A DNA stretch of 64,000 nucleotides from Chloroflexota bacterium (GTDB lineage: Bacteria > Chloroflexota > UBA11872 > VXOZ01): contig OY760183.1 in assembly GCA_963663275.1 (NCBI GenBank), positions 1,856,001-1,920,000 of the forward strand. Direction: 5' to 3'. Positions within the stretch are counted from its first letter, which is position 1, and each line of letters begins with the position of its first letter. Shown here piece after piece: positions 19,036-28,800 of this stretch. A model generated the notes under the pieces. The model did no database searches and was not told the DNA's origin. It was given only the letters and a program-made list of their open reading frames with translations. Made by a program: the position numbers and the translations under genes.

Positions 19036-19590
19036 ACGCAGGTTCGTAGTCTGTTTCCGGTAGCGCAGGTTTGTAACCTGCGTGTTCGGCCGGTTCAATG
19101 CATTTCGCTGGAACACTACTTGCAACGGCGGGGGACAAGCCCCCGCGCTACGTAAATGCGACAGCATTGTCCCCCTCACCTCGGGTAGAGCTGACTGAGA
19201 GATGTATTCTACACCCGTCTTCTCGTGTCATTCCGAGCGGAGCGGAGCGCAGCGAGGAATCTAGAGTTGCTGATCGTGCAGGGGGCGCCCTAGATTCCTC
19301 TCTCCGCTGCGCTCCATTCGGAATGACATGTGAAGTCGACGATGGGCTAGCCTTGCCAGCCCCAGGAGAGGGAGAGTACGGGAGCACTCCAGCCCTCTCC
19401 CCCAGGAGAGGGTGTCAGAGCGGAGCGCGTCTTGTCCCTCTCACCCCGGTCCTCTCCCCAGGGAGACTCTCGCGCAACTCTGTGATTCCGGCGAATGCCG
19501 GAATCCAGGGTGCCTTTACAACTAACATTAGCATGTAGTCAATTCGTTTCACCCCCATCCCAACCTTCCCCCTCAATGGGGAAGGGGCTA
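19036..19590. repeat. Large mixed REP cluster including the second copy of the ~170-bp element (19226-19395)
   Basis: Contains GGTAGCGCAGG, GGGGACAAGCCCC, GTCATTCCGAGC, GATTCCGGCGAATGCCGGAATC and CCCTCACCCC family units. Confidence 0.85.
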
Positions 19591-19671
19591 TGCAAGAGTC
19601 TCCCAGGGGAGACTATTCGCCTCCCAGCGAGATTTCGCAACGGCCTCCGGCGAGGAGGGACGGCGGGCCAA

Positions 19672-19701
19672 TTGACATTCGCGCGGGGTCTGGCGGATAA
19701 T
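19672..19701 (+). promoter_or_regulatory. Sigma70-type promoter upstream of pyrE
   Basis: TTGACA-18 bp-GATAAT. Confidence 0.5.
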
Positions 19702-19743
19702 GATATGTCCGAAAACGATGGTATCCACGGGAAAGGGATTGAC

Positions 19744-20400
19744 GTGGAGCAACCGGTCTCGAACTTGTGGCTGGCGGAGAACCTCTTCCGGCTGGGGGGC
19801 GTGCGGTTTGGCGACTATACGCTGGGCCGCACCACCGTGCATTCGCCGATCTACATCGACCCCCGCGTGCTGGTGAGCAATCCGCGGGCGCTGGCCGCCG
19901 CCGCGCAACTCATCGCGCAGGAGGCAACCTCCGGGCAGGCCATGCGGCATCCGAAGATTCACCCCTTTACGCTGGTGGCCGGGGTGCCGTTTGGCGGGTT
20001 GCACCTGGCTACCGCCTTCTCGCTGGCGACCAACGTTCCCATGATCTACGCGCGCGGCCAGAGCGGAGAACACCGCATCGAGGGGCGCTACGAGGCGGGC
20101 GAGACCGTGCTGATCATCGACGACCTGATAACCTCCGGCGGCAGTATCCTGGAAACCGCGGCGATTCTGGAAGAGGCCGGGCTGGTGGCGCGCGACGCGA
20201 TTGTGCTGGTGGACCGGGACCAGGGCGGCGCGGCGCGCCTGCGGAGGCACGGCTACAGCCTCTATCCGATCCTGCGGCTGGAGGTGATGCTGAACCTCTA
20301 CATGTCCAAGCAACTGATCGATGAAGACCAGTACCGCCGCAGCCTGGAGTACATCCGCACCCACCGCACGCCGGAGGCGCTGGAGGAAAACGCCCCCTAG
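19744..20400 (+). CRISPR. NOT a CRISPR array - entry superseded; this interval is the pyrE CDS listed next
   Basis: No repeat-spacer structure; coding sequence only. Confidence 0.
19744..20400 (+). CDS. pyrE: Orotate phosphoribosyltransferase
   Basis: FGDYTL, SPIYID.R, AGVPFGG, VLIIDDLITSGGS PRPP-binding motif, VLVDR; start re-called to GTG 19744. Confidence 0.85.
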   Translation: MEQPVSNLWLAENLFRLGGVRFGDYTLGRTTVHSPIYIDPRVLVSNPRALAAAAQLIAQEATSGQAMRHPKIHPFTLVAGVPFGGLHLATAFSLATNVPMIYARGQSGEHRIEGRYEAGETVLIIDDLITSGGSILETAAILEEAGLVARDAIVLVDRDQGGAARLRRHGYSLYPILRLEVMLNLYMSKQLIDEDQYRRSLEYIRTHRTPEALEENAP

Positions 20401-20437
20401 CGCAAGAGCGGCGCAAACGGCCCGCTCCCTGCCGCCC

Positions 20438-21649
20438 ATGACTGTTGAACCACGACAAGAAGACTACCGCGCAGCCATTCGCGCGGTGGTGGGCCGGGAG
20501 GAGGACTTCCTGCGGCTCACCGCCAGCGGGCAGGCGCGCGGCGGCGCGCCGCCGTGGCGAAAAGTAACGCTGCGCCCGGTGGTGGTGAAGGGCGAGCGGC
20601 GCGTGCAGTTCACCTACTTCGACGACAAGCGGGCGCTGACGCGCAACTACGCCGGCGCGGACGTGCCGGCCAAGCTGGATGAAGTGCTGGCCGCGCCGTT
20701 TCGGCAGTTTCACGCGCAGGCGACGAACGGCGATCTCCACGTGCGCCTCACGAAGAAGGGCAAGGCGCTGGTGTCGCGAGGCAAGACCGCGCACTCGCAA
20801 CCGACCCCGGATTTTGCGCACGATCGCGCCAAGCGGCAGCCACTGCCCGTCGGTAAGCCGGATTCTTTCCTGTGGACCTGCGGCATTACCGATCGCGCCG
20901 GCAATGTGCGTCCTTCGATGCGCGGCAAGTTCCGGCAGGTCAATACGTTCCTGGAGTTGCTCGGCCAGGTCTTGCCGGATGCGGCGGAGAATGCGGAACG
21001 CCCGCTCACTATCGTCGATTGCGGCTGCGGCAGCGCCTACCTGACCTTCGGCGCGTACCACTTCTGCGCCCACCTGCAAGGCCGTTCCACGCGGGTGATC
21101 GGGATAGATTCCGATCCGGCAAGCATCGCCAAGTGCCGCCGCCTGCAGGAATCGCTGCGGTGGGACGGCCTGGCGTTTCACGAGTCGACGATAGCGGCGT
21201 TTGCGCCGGAAGCGCCGCCGGACGTTGTCCTGAGCCTGCACGCCTGCGACACGGCTACCGACGAGGCGATCGCGCAAGGCATTCGCTGGGGCGGCGGCGT
21301 GATCCTGGCCGCGCCGTGCTGCCAGCACGAACTGCACGACCGCGCTCACCATCCGGACTTTCAGCCGGTCCTGCGGCACGGTATCCTGAAGCAGCGCACG
21401 GCGGACATCCTTACCGACGCTTTCCGCGCGCTTGTGCTGCGCATCATGGGCTACCGGACGGACGTGGTGGAGTTCGTCTCGCCGGAGCACACGACGCGGA
21501 ACCTGCTGATCCGCGCCGTGAAGTCGCGCGCGCCGGGCGACCGCGCCGCCGCCGCGGAATACGCGCGCTTGAAGGAATTCTGGAACGTGACGCCGTGTCT
21601 GGAAACGCTGCTGGGCGATGCGCTGGCGCCGTATCTTGCCGTCGCGTAG
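20438..21649 (+). CDS. SAM-dependent methyltransferase (Methyltransf_32-like)
   Basis: KFRQVN.F, IVDCGCGSAYLTF, SLHACDTATD, APCCQ, EHT.RNLLI. Confidence 0.88.
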   Translation: MTVEPRQEDYRAAIRAVVGREEDFLRLTASGQARGGAPPWRKVTLRPVVVKGERRVQFTYFDDKRALTRNYAGADVPAKLDEVLAAPFRQFHAQATNGDLHVRLTKKGKALVSRGKTAHSQPTPDFAHDRAKRQPLPVGKPDSFLWTCGITDRAGNVRPSMRGKFRQVNTFLELLGQVLPDAAENAERPLTIVDCGCGSAYLTFGAYHFCAHLQGRSTRVIGIDSDPASIAKCRRLQESLRWDGLAFHESTIAAFAPEAPPDVVLSLHACDTATDEAIAQGIRWGGGVILAAPCCQHELHDRAHHPDFQPVLRHGILKQRTADILTDAFRALVLRIMGYRTDVVEFVSPEHTTRNLLIRAVKSRAPGDRAAAAEYARLKEFWNVTPCLETLLGDALAPYLAVA

Positions 21650-21845
21650 CCGCGAAGACGGATGCCGCGCGGTTGGAGGACGACACGAGAGCGTGAGGAT
21701 TGAACGGCTAATGTTCGTTTACCACGTGCACGCTCGTCCCCGCTGCCAAGACGTAGGCGGGGGCTTGTCCCCGCCTCTTGGCGAGAGCGGCAGGCATAAT
21801 CTTGGGCACGGTGTTTAGCGTTTAGCTGACGAGGAGGATAGCGCA

Positions 21846-22886
21846 ATGCGCAAGGTGGTTTTGAGCGGTACGCCGTACGAGATGGGCCGCCAGCAAGGCG
21901 AGGCATTTGCCGACCTGGTGGGCGTGGCCATAGACATGGTCATTCCCGCAGGCCGGTATTCCGACGCGCACAAGGCGCGGGTGCTGGCGCAGGTGGAGCG
22001 CAATCTGGACGACGTCTTCCCGGAGGCGCTGGAGGAACTGCGCGGCATTGCCGACGGCGCGGGGGTGGATTATGCGGACCTGCTTGCCTACAACTCGTGC
22101 CAGGAATTAGGGCGCATCCAGCAGGGGTGCACGAACTTCATGCTGGTCACGCCCGAGCACGGCCTGGTGCACTACAAGTCGAACGACGTGAGCCAAGAGG
22201 CGCTGAAATTCCACGTCTATCTGGAGGCGCATCCCGACAGCGGCCGCGATTTCATTGGCGTGACGTGGGCCGGCACGGTGTGGATGAACGCGGGCGTCAA
22301 CGCGGCCGGCCTTACCTACGGCGGCGGCAGCCTGCCCAACGCCGACGCCGACTGGGAACGCGGCCTCCCCGCCAACGTGGCGCTGCGCTATTTCTTGCAG
22401 TATCCGGCCGACGTGGACGAAGCGCTTGCTCTGGTTGAGCGCACGCCCATCATGAGCCACGGCCACAATATGGTGTTCACCGATGCGGCGGGCAACGGCG
22501 CGGTGGTGGAGCGCACACCCACCGCCATGGGCGTGCGGCGTCTCGACGACCACGCGCTCTGGGCCTCGAACCATTGCCTGGTGGAACACGTAAAGCCGAT
22601 GCTGCGCCCGAACAACGAGTCTTTCATGGCCAACAGCCACGGCCGCTACGACCTGCTGGCAAAACTGACGGCCCAGCAGCCGCACTCGCTGGAACAGGTG
22701 ATCGCGATCGCGCGCGCTCACGCGGATCCGGTGTCGATGTGCCAACACGGCCCGACGATGTACAGCGTAATCGGCTACGTGATGATTCCCGCCGAACGCC
22801 GCATGTTGATCGCGTACGGGCGTCCCTGCGAGAACGAGTTTGAGGAGTACACGTTCGCGGCGGCCCCGGCCGCGAGCGGAGTGTAA
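21846..22886 (+). CDS. Peptidase C45 / acyl-CoA:6-APA acyltransferase-like Ntn hydrolase
   Basis: GTPYEMGRQQG, EELRGIADGA, autoprocessing G|CT, GVNAAGL, SNH. Confidence 0.88.
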   Translation: MRKVVLSGTPYEMGRQQGEAFADLVGVAIDMVIPAGRYSDAHKARVLAQVERNLDDVFPEALEELRGIADGAGVDYADLLAYNSCQELGRIQQGCTNFMLVTPEHGLVHYKSNDVSQEALKFHVYLEAHPDSGRDFIGVTWAGTVWMNAGVNAAGLTYGGGSLPNADADWERGLPANVALRYFLQYPADVDEALALVERTPIMSHGHNMVFTDAAGNGAVVERTPTAMGVRRLDDHALWASNHCLVEHVKPMLRPNNESFMANSHGRYDLLAKLTAQQPHSLEQVIAIARAHADPVSMCQHGPTMYSVIGYVMIPAERRMLIAYGRPCENEFEEYTFAAAPAASGV

Positions 22887-22924
22887 GCCGGGGGCCTCAG
22901 TGTAGGCCGGTGGCCGCGCTTAGA

Positions 22925-23172
22925 CTCCCTCTCCACAGTCTCCTGGGGAGAGGGCCGGGGTGAGGGGTGAGAAGCGCGGTGGGCAGGCGGCGGACCCTCA
23001 CCCTAACCCTCTCCCTGAGGGAGAGGGGACAAGAGGTCGATCCGCTCACTCGGGGAGAGGGCCGGGGTGAGGGGAGAATCCTCAACGTCTTAGAGCGCAG
23101 GTTTGTAACCTGCGTCTTGGCAGCGGGGGATTGCGTCTTGCGTTCCGGTAGCGCAGGTTTGTAACCTGCGAC
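22925..23172. repeat. REP cluster (CCCTCACCC/GGGAGAGGG family and two GCGCAGGTTTGTAACCTGCG)
   Basis: Read directly between convergent genes. Confidence 0.85.
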
Positions 23173-23201
23173 CTGGCGGGCCGCGTTTGCAATCCGCGCC
23201 G

Positions 23202-24410
23202 TCACAACCACTGCGCCGCCGGCCACCACACCCCCTTGCGGCCTATCGGCACGTCCAGCAACTCCCGGCTGCCGGCAATCGGATCGTGCCCATAGGTTTC
23301 AACGAATAGGCGCTCGATGCGCTCCGAGAGTTCCGTCGGCCCCGGCAGGGGCACGTCCACCCAGGTGTTCCCCAGCCGCTGGCTCTCGGCCATAGCAAAC
23401 GAGAGTTCCAGGTCTGCGCGGGCGCCTGCCGGTCCGTACTGCACCGGCGCGCCTTCCGTAATCGCCCGGTGCGTGCCGGTGAGGATTTCCGCCTTGGCCA
23501 CGTCGTCCAGGCTGCCGACGCCGTACGCCTTGTAGGGGTTCTCCCAGCGCAGGTCCGGCGCGCCGTCCAGGTAGACATAATCCAGCGCCTGCTCGTCACC
23601 GACGGTCACGTTGTGCTCCCGTATCGTCTGCTGCTGATCGGGTTCACCGCTCAGCAGCACCACGTCGCGGCCGGAGAGGTGGCCGCTGGAGCCTTCGATT
23701 TCCCAGTGGTTTGGGTGGGAGTGCTTGGAGAAGGGCCGCGGCGCGCGCTCGTAGAGGCACATCGAGCCGCGCAGGTACTCGATCCACATGGCCTCCCAGA
23801 CCACCGTGGTCGCCTGCTCACCGCCGTAGGTGAGGTACCGGTCGGTCTCCGATTCCGTCACGTAGGCCAGCACGCGCCGCACCGAATCGCGCAGGATCAT
23901 GCGCACGGCGTTGAAGCCGTGGTACGCGCCGCTGGCGTACCAGAGGCGTGACATGGAGACGTTGCCGATGTAGCCGGACGCGACGATTTTGGCCTTGAGT
24001 TGCTCCTGCGGCCAGAGCCAGACCTGCTCGGCAATCTCCCAGACCACGCCGTGCTCCCGGCAGACGTCGCGGATGGCGTCGCCGACTTCCAAGGTGATGC
24101 CGTAGGGAATTTCGGTGATGATGTTGATGCCGCGTTTGGCCGCTTCCACGGCCACCGCCGACTGGCCGTCGGTGGGCACCAGGATGAGCGCGAGATCGGG
24201 CGCGGCCTCGTCGAGCGCGGCGGCGACGTTGGTGAATGACCGCTTGACGCCGTGCTTGGCCGAGATTTCCGCCGCCACCGCGGGGTTGATGTCGCAGATG
24301 GCGCAGAGATCGAAGTGGTCGGTGAGTTTCGCCACGGTCTCGATCCAGCCCCGCGCCCGCGCGCCGGGCTCCGATCCCGCGCCAATGACGGCGATACGTA
24401 GTTTTTTCAT
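23202..24410 (-). CDS. Gfo/Idh/MocA family oxidoreductase
   Basis: LRIAVIGAG, AICD, TEIP variant of the EKP motif, YHG. Confidence 0.85.
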   Translation of the reverse strand: MKKLRIAVIGAGSEPGARARGWIETVAKLTDHFDLCAICDINPAVAAEISAKHGVKRSFTNVAAALDEAAPDLALILVPTDGQSAVAVEAAKRGINIITEIPYGITLEVGDAIRDVCREHGVVWEIAEQVWLWPQEQLKAKIVASGYIGNVSMSRLWYASGAYHGFNAVRMILRDSVRRVLAYVTESETDRYLTYGGEQATTVVWEAMWIEYLRGSMCLYERAPRPFSKHSHPNHWEIEGSSGHLSGRDVVLLSGEPDQQQTIREHNVTVGDEQALDYVYLDGAPDLRWENPYKAYGVGSLDDVAKAEILTGTHRAITEGAPVQYGPAGARADLELSFAMAESQRLGNTWVDVPLPGPTELSERIERLFVETYGHDPIAGSRELLDVPIGRKGVWWPAAQWL

Positions 24411-24443
24411 GCGCTTAAGCCCTTTCCGGTATTCCTGAATCGG

Positions 24444-25352
24444 TCATCCCACCTCGGCGAGAAACTCCCGATACAACGCCAGCGGCTGCGACATGGCGTC
24501 GTCCAGCGGCGTGATTGCCAGCCGCGCGTGGGCCGTGCGCACCGTGCCCGGCACGAAGTCGCTGCCAAACAGTGATAGATAAAGCGGGTTCTGCGCCTTC
24601 CAGGCGTCTTCCGGGTCGTCGGTGTTGTAGCCGCTGGTCACGGCAAAGCAGTCCTCGGGCCGCGACATCAGCACCGCCGCCACCCGCCGCTCCATATCGG
24701 CCTGGAACGCCACGGGCACGGCGTACTCGCGCTGGGGACGAAACTGCGCCGTGGGGTGCCCCATCTCCTTGCGTTCCCAGCGGCCGTCCACGCAGCGCCG
24801 CGCCGCGTGCGCGTCCCGCGTGTAGACCAACCCCATGCCTTTGAAGACCGGGTTCTCCTGGGGCGCGACCAGTTCTTCTTCTCCGGGTTCTCTTGTGTAG
24901 CGCTCCGTTGCCAGATAGACGTGCGCCAGCAGCGGCGGATCGAAGTAGTTGGAAAGGAAGATCTCGTAGCTCTCATACGTCGCCTCGGCGCGCACCGTAA
25001 TCGTCAGGTCGATGAGGTTCGGCTCCTTGACCTGATAGACCGCCTCGATGCCCGCAAAGTGCTCGTCGGCCGGCCCCCAGTTGAGCGTCAGCGTATCGCC
25101 GTCCACGCTCACCGTGCGCTCGAACAGGCGCGGTTCGCCCAGACCCGAATGGGTCGCGAACAGCCGAAAGAGATTGAGCGCCGAATACTTGGGATGAATG
25201 ATGGAAACCCCGCTCGGCTTGTGCACGAGGTCGCTGATCCCATGCCGGATGTCCACCTGCGGGTCCGGCGACTGCGCCCGCAACGCGCCTTTCAATTCAG
25301 AAGTCTCGAAGGTGTAGACACTGTTCTCGGTGTCGTAACTCAGAGATGCCAT
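24444..25352 (-). CDS. Hypothetical protein (beta-rich, possibly mutarotase-like fold)
   Basis: Host-like codon usage, GAGGA RBS, co-directional with the oxidoreductase. Confidence 0.75.
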   Translation of the reverse strand: MASLSYDTENSVYTFETSELKGALRAQSPDPQVDIRHGISDLVHKPSGVSIIHPKYSALNLFRLFATHSGLGEPRLFERTVSVDGDTLTLNWGPADEHFAGIEAVYQVKEPNLIDLTITVRAEATYESYEIFLSNYFDPPLLAHVYLATERYTREPGEEELVAPQENPVFKGMGLVYTRDAHAARRCVDGRWERKEMGHPTAQFRPQREYAVPVAFQADMERRVAAVLMSRPEDCFAVTSGYNTDDPEDAWKAQNPLYLSLFGSDFVPGTVRTAHARLAITPLDDAMSQPLALYREFLAEVG

Positions 25353-25902
25353 TGTGGACTATCCTCATTTCCTAATTGTTGATCAATCGGATAGGGTGCC
25401 ATAGCCCCTCTAGAGGCAGATAAGACTCATGGCGAAACTAGAGTTCCCATTGCGCAAATGACTCACACTTAGCTCAGTGCAGTATAGCCTAAATCTGAAA
25501 CAGCGCGACGACTAAGAAAACTTCCAGATGCGTAACCGTATGTGTACGTTGAGCATTGCTGGAACTCTCTCAAGTCAGGATGTTTGCATTCCGATGACGG
25601 CAATGGGTTTTATCCTTGACGAGTTCAATACTCTAGAACTTCGGCCACGAAATTGTCAAGCGAATCGTATTCAAGTCTAGTTATAGCCTTGGATGGAAGT
25701 CTGTAGCCATTCTCCGCCTGACTTGCTGGCCAAACGCACGCCTGCTGCTTCGATTGCCCTCAACCGATACGGCTCATCCAATGAATGATCGGGTAAATGA
25801 CTGCACTGAACGGCCCGGATTAGACACTTGATGTTGCAGGCGTCATCTCTAAGCAGAATCCCACATCTCCAGGGTCGCTGAGATAGATCCAGCATTGAGT
25901 TC

Positions 25903-28623
25903 TCAAATCCAATGCAAGTCTTCCAAGTCGCTAACCAACCAGTCGTGTGCGAGTTTGGTGGCCGGCCGAGGTTCGCTGCCCGGCAGGACCTGTTTGCTTT
26001 CCCAAAACCTTCCAATGTGAGAAAGAAATTCGTCTCGGGCCGCCTCTAGCTTTCTCTCAGTTTCTGGCCCATGAACCTGGTTGTCAGGTCCAAGCTCAAA
26101 ATTCACTCCGGATTCGCCGTTGTCGTGCACGAGGCTAGGCCACCACAAAAGCGTCGCACTGCTCCTCTGAACCCCGTCGGGAGGGATATTCAAGCTCAGC
26201 ACGCCCTCGAGCCTTAGAGGTAGCATGTAGCTCATTTGATGTCGTCTGTTGAATGCAGGGAACCACTGTTCGACGATGTCGTTGTAAATCCTCAGGGCTC
26301 CGCCAAAGATTGCCTCGGTTCGCTCTAGCAGTTGTCTCTCGCTGTAGAGCTCATACCAAAAGACGGCTGTTCTGCCTTCAGGCCACAGCTTGTCTTGCCC
26401 TGGCCATGGGTCCAATGTGTTGTCGCCTATGCTACTTTGCAAACCTAGAAGCCGCTTTCGGACCCGCTCCAAATCCTTAAGCGTGTGCCTGTGTTGTCCG
26501 ACAGTGATCGAGGAACCTAGCCCTCGACCAAGCTTTGTAATCCAACTATCGATCCAGTCGATGAGATCGCTAATCCTGGGAACTTTGGACTTAGAGTGCA
26601 GATCGTACCTTGTAGACTTAGCCAATTCGCATGCAAATTCCCGAAACCAAATTTCCGATTCGAGTGTGAGACTGTATGTATCCAGCAGCTTTGAAAGTGA
26701 AGAAGATAGCTCCTCCTTAGATACAGTCCATGGCCAGACTCTTGTGTGTTCGATGACCGTGCTCCGCCATCGGATCCAGTCCTTGCTGTGCTTGTATGAA
26801 CGTGGTTCTAATCCCAGCGGCATGTCGACTACTGGGGCCATTTGTTCCTTTCCCACGTACCAGCATGTCTCCACCATTCGCTGTCCCTTGGCGACCGCTA
26901 GAGTAGGAATGTCGCCATCTCGGGACAGAGGCCCCACTGCTCTCATCAATGGGCCAAGCCCGTCTTTCCAGTTGACCATCGCCTGGCGATATTTCGTCCC
27001 AATCTCTATTGCCGTACCTTCCGGTAGCTGCTCAGGAGTTTCTTCCGCAGACCAGTTGTGCTTGACTTCTTCCAGTACCAAGCCTGAGATGCCTGGGTCT
27101 TTACTTGAGATGGTCTCCATGATCTCAGCACCGAGGCTTTCATTCTCTGAGTTGATGGCAATCGCGAGAGGCACTACCCATCTATCAGTGTCAAATTCAA
27201 TATCTGACAGTGGAACCATTCCCTCCACAATCGCCCTAGCTGCAAACCACTCTCTGAAAATCGCAAGTGCAAAATCGACCTTATCGTCTTTCTCAACCAC
27301 TAGGCGCGATCTAGCTAGGAGAGCATGCACCGAAGCTCTACGATTTACGGTGGCTTTACTGACACTCTCGCCGGAGTTGGTGCACTCGACTGCGAGTTTC
27401 TTTAGAGGCTCTGCCACTTCTTCTGAAAAGTCCTCGGCTTCCGCCAATATCTCTTGAACCAAATGACTGATAATCTGACTAGGAGAATTCCCCAGTGGGT
27501 TTCTTGACTCTCTGAAGTGTGTGCCAACTATCACCGCGAAGAGCGGATTCTTTGTCCTGGAAACCTGATAGGGAATCTCGTAGCCTCTAATGGCTCGACC
27601 TGCTACTCTTGATGCAATAGAGAGAAACTGCTCGTCGCTGCAATCTGGCAAGGCTTTCGATCCGTCCAGGAATTTCAGCCCAGGCAGCACCCTTGTCATC
27701 ACAACTGCGGTAACATCCGGAGTAGCTTCAGTAATTGATGCGACTTTGCCAAGCATTTGGTTGGCATCGCTTTTACCCAACTCATCAAGGCCATCGACGA
27801 TAACCAAGATTCGTTGCGTGTACAAGTTTCCTTGGTCCCCTATAGCATTCTTGATGTGGCCCTCTAGTTCCCCGCTGACACATCTTGCGTCTAGGAACAC
27901 CGGGAGAGGGTCAACGCGGTTTTGAAGCCTATTCTTGATGGCGCGTTGGTACAACCTCTGTGCCGCCAATGTCTTACCGGAACCCTGGGTGGCATGAACC
28001 TGTAGGACTCCACTAGTGGGAAGATCCAGCACATATCCAACCGACTGGTCATTGGCCAGTTTCTTTGCGAGGTCATCGCCTACGCCCAAAGTTGTCCAGA
28101 GACGTTTGGTTTCGGCGATGCTGTCACGATATTTCTGACTTAGGTATTGGTCGTGGTTCATTGGCGCCGGATCTTTTGCAGCCCTCAGTAATTCGTCAGT
28201 CAGAGCATTCTCGATATGCTCGGGCAGCGTCTCGACGTTCTCCACCTCGCGCCATGTTGAGATGCCCTTGATTCTCTCAATCAACTCCTGCGTCTGTGAA
28301 TCTCTTTCTTGTGCTGGAAGCATGAATGGAATTAGCCTGCCATCTGCATCAAGACAGGCCACTACCTCTTCGAAGACTGGCGTGGTTGTCGAAGATCCTA
28401 TGAGCCAAATCACAAAGTCTGCTCGACTCGCCTCCTTGAGATATCTATCGCGCGCAGCTTCTGAACCGGCGGGAGCATCTTCGAAGGCCCATACCCGCGT
28501 CAATGAGTAGTTGTCCACAGTCTCTATCGCCAGTTCTCTGGCTCGGCACACTTCCTCATCCTGTCGGCTACTGATAAACACGAGGAGTTTTTCTTCGCTG
28601 GCTCTAATTGTCTCTTTGGTCAT
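25903..28623 (-). CDS. DUF4062-like N-terminal domain fused to a STAND/NACHT-like P-loop NTPase with long C-terminal region
   Basis: LLVFISS...R.....V.......WAFE..PA......YL.....ADFVIWLIG (DUF4062 pattern); Walker A ATQGSGKT; Walker B ILVIVDGLDE; lower GC. Confidence 0.75.
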   Translation of the reverse strand: MTKETIRASEEKLLVFISSRQDEEVCRARELAIETVDNYSLTRVWAFEDAPAGSEAARDRYLKEASRADFVIWLIGSSTTTPVFEEVVACLDADGRLIPFMLPAQERDSQTQELIERIKGISTWREVENVETLPEHIENALTDELLRAAKDPAPMNHDQYLSQKYRDSIAETKRLWTTLGVGDDLAKKLANDQSVGYVLDLPTSGVLQVHATQGSGKTLAAQRLYQRAIKNRLQNRVDPLPVFLDARCVSGELEGHIKNAIGDQGNLYTQRILVIVDGLDELGKSDANQMLGKVASITEATPDVTAVVMTRVLPGLKFLDGSKALPDCSDEQFLSIASRVAGRAIRGYEIPYQVSRTKNPLFAVIVGTHFRESRNPLGNSPSQIISHLVQEILAEAEDFSEEVAEPLKKLAVECTNSGESVSKATVNRRASVHALLARSRLVVEKDDKVDFALAIFREWFAARAIVEGMVPLSDIEFDTDRWVVPLAIAINSENESLGAEIMETISSKDPGISGLVLEEVKHNWSAEETPEQLPEGTAIEIGTKYRQAMVNWKDGLGPLMRAVGPLSRDGDIPTLAVAKGQRMVETCWYVGKEQMAPVVDMPLGLEPRSYKHSKDWIRWRSTVIEHTRVWPWTVSKEELSSSLSKLLDTYSLTLESEIWFREFACELAKSTRYDLHSKSKVPRISDLIDWIDSWITKLGRGLGSSITVGQHRHTLKDLERVRKRLLGLQSSIGDNTLDPWPGQDKLWPEGRTAVFWYELYSERQLLERTEAIFGGALRIYNDIVEQWFPAFNRRHQMSYMLPLRLEGVLSLNIPPDGVQRSSATLLWWPSLVHDNGESGVNFELGPDNQVHGPETERKLEAARDEFLSHIGRFWESKQVLPGSEPRPATKLAHDWLVSDLEDLHWI

Positions 28624-28800
28624 GTTCTTTACCTGAGATCGCTAAGTACAGTGACTTGGGGTTGTAAGACTACCCGTCTTGCTAGGTATTCAAACTCGTC
28701 TCCAGCAGCGTATAGCACTACTGCCCCTCATCTGCTATTGTACGCGTGCATATTCCTGATGGGAATCTCAATTATCCAAGTGCGGTGCCATCTGAATACT

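Noticed and set aside
19098-19538. 146-aa ORF and other small ORFs over repeat clusters (e.g. 8366, 22897, 45126, 60745)
   Set aside because: They translate REP palindromes (GDKPPRY, VIPSGA, SPRPSP) with no RBS or coding signal.
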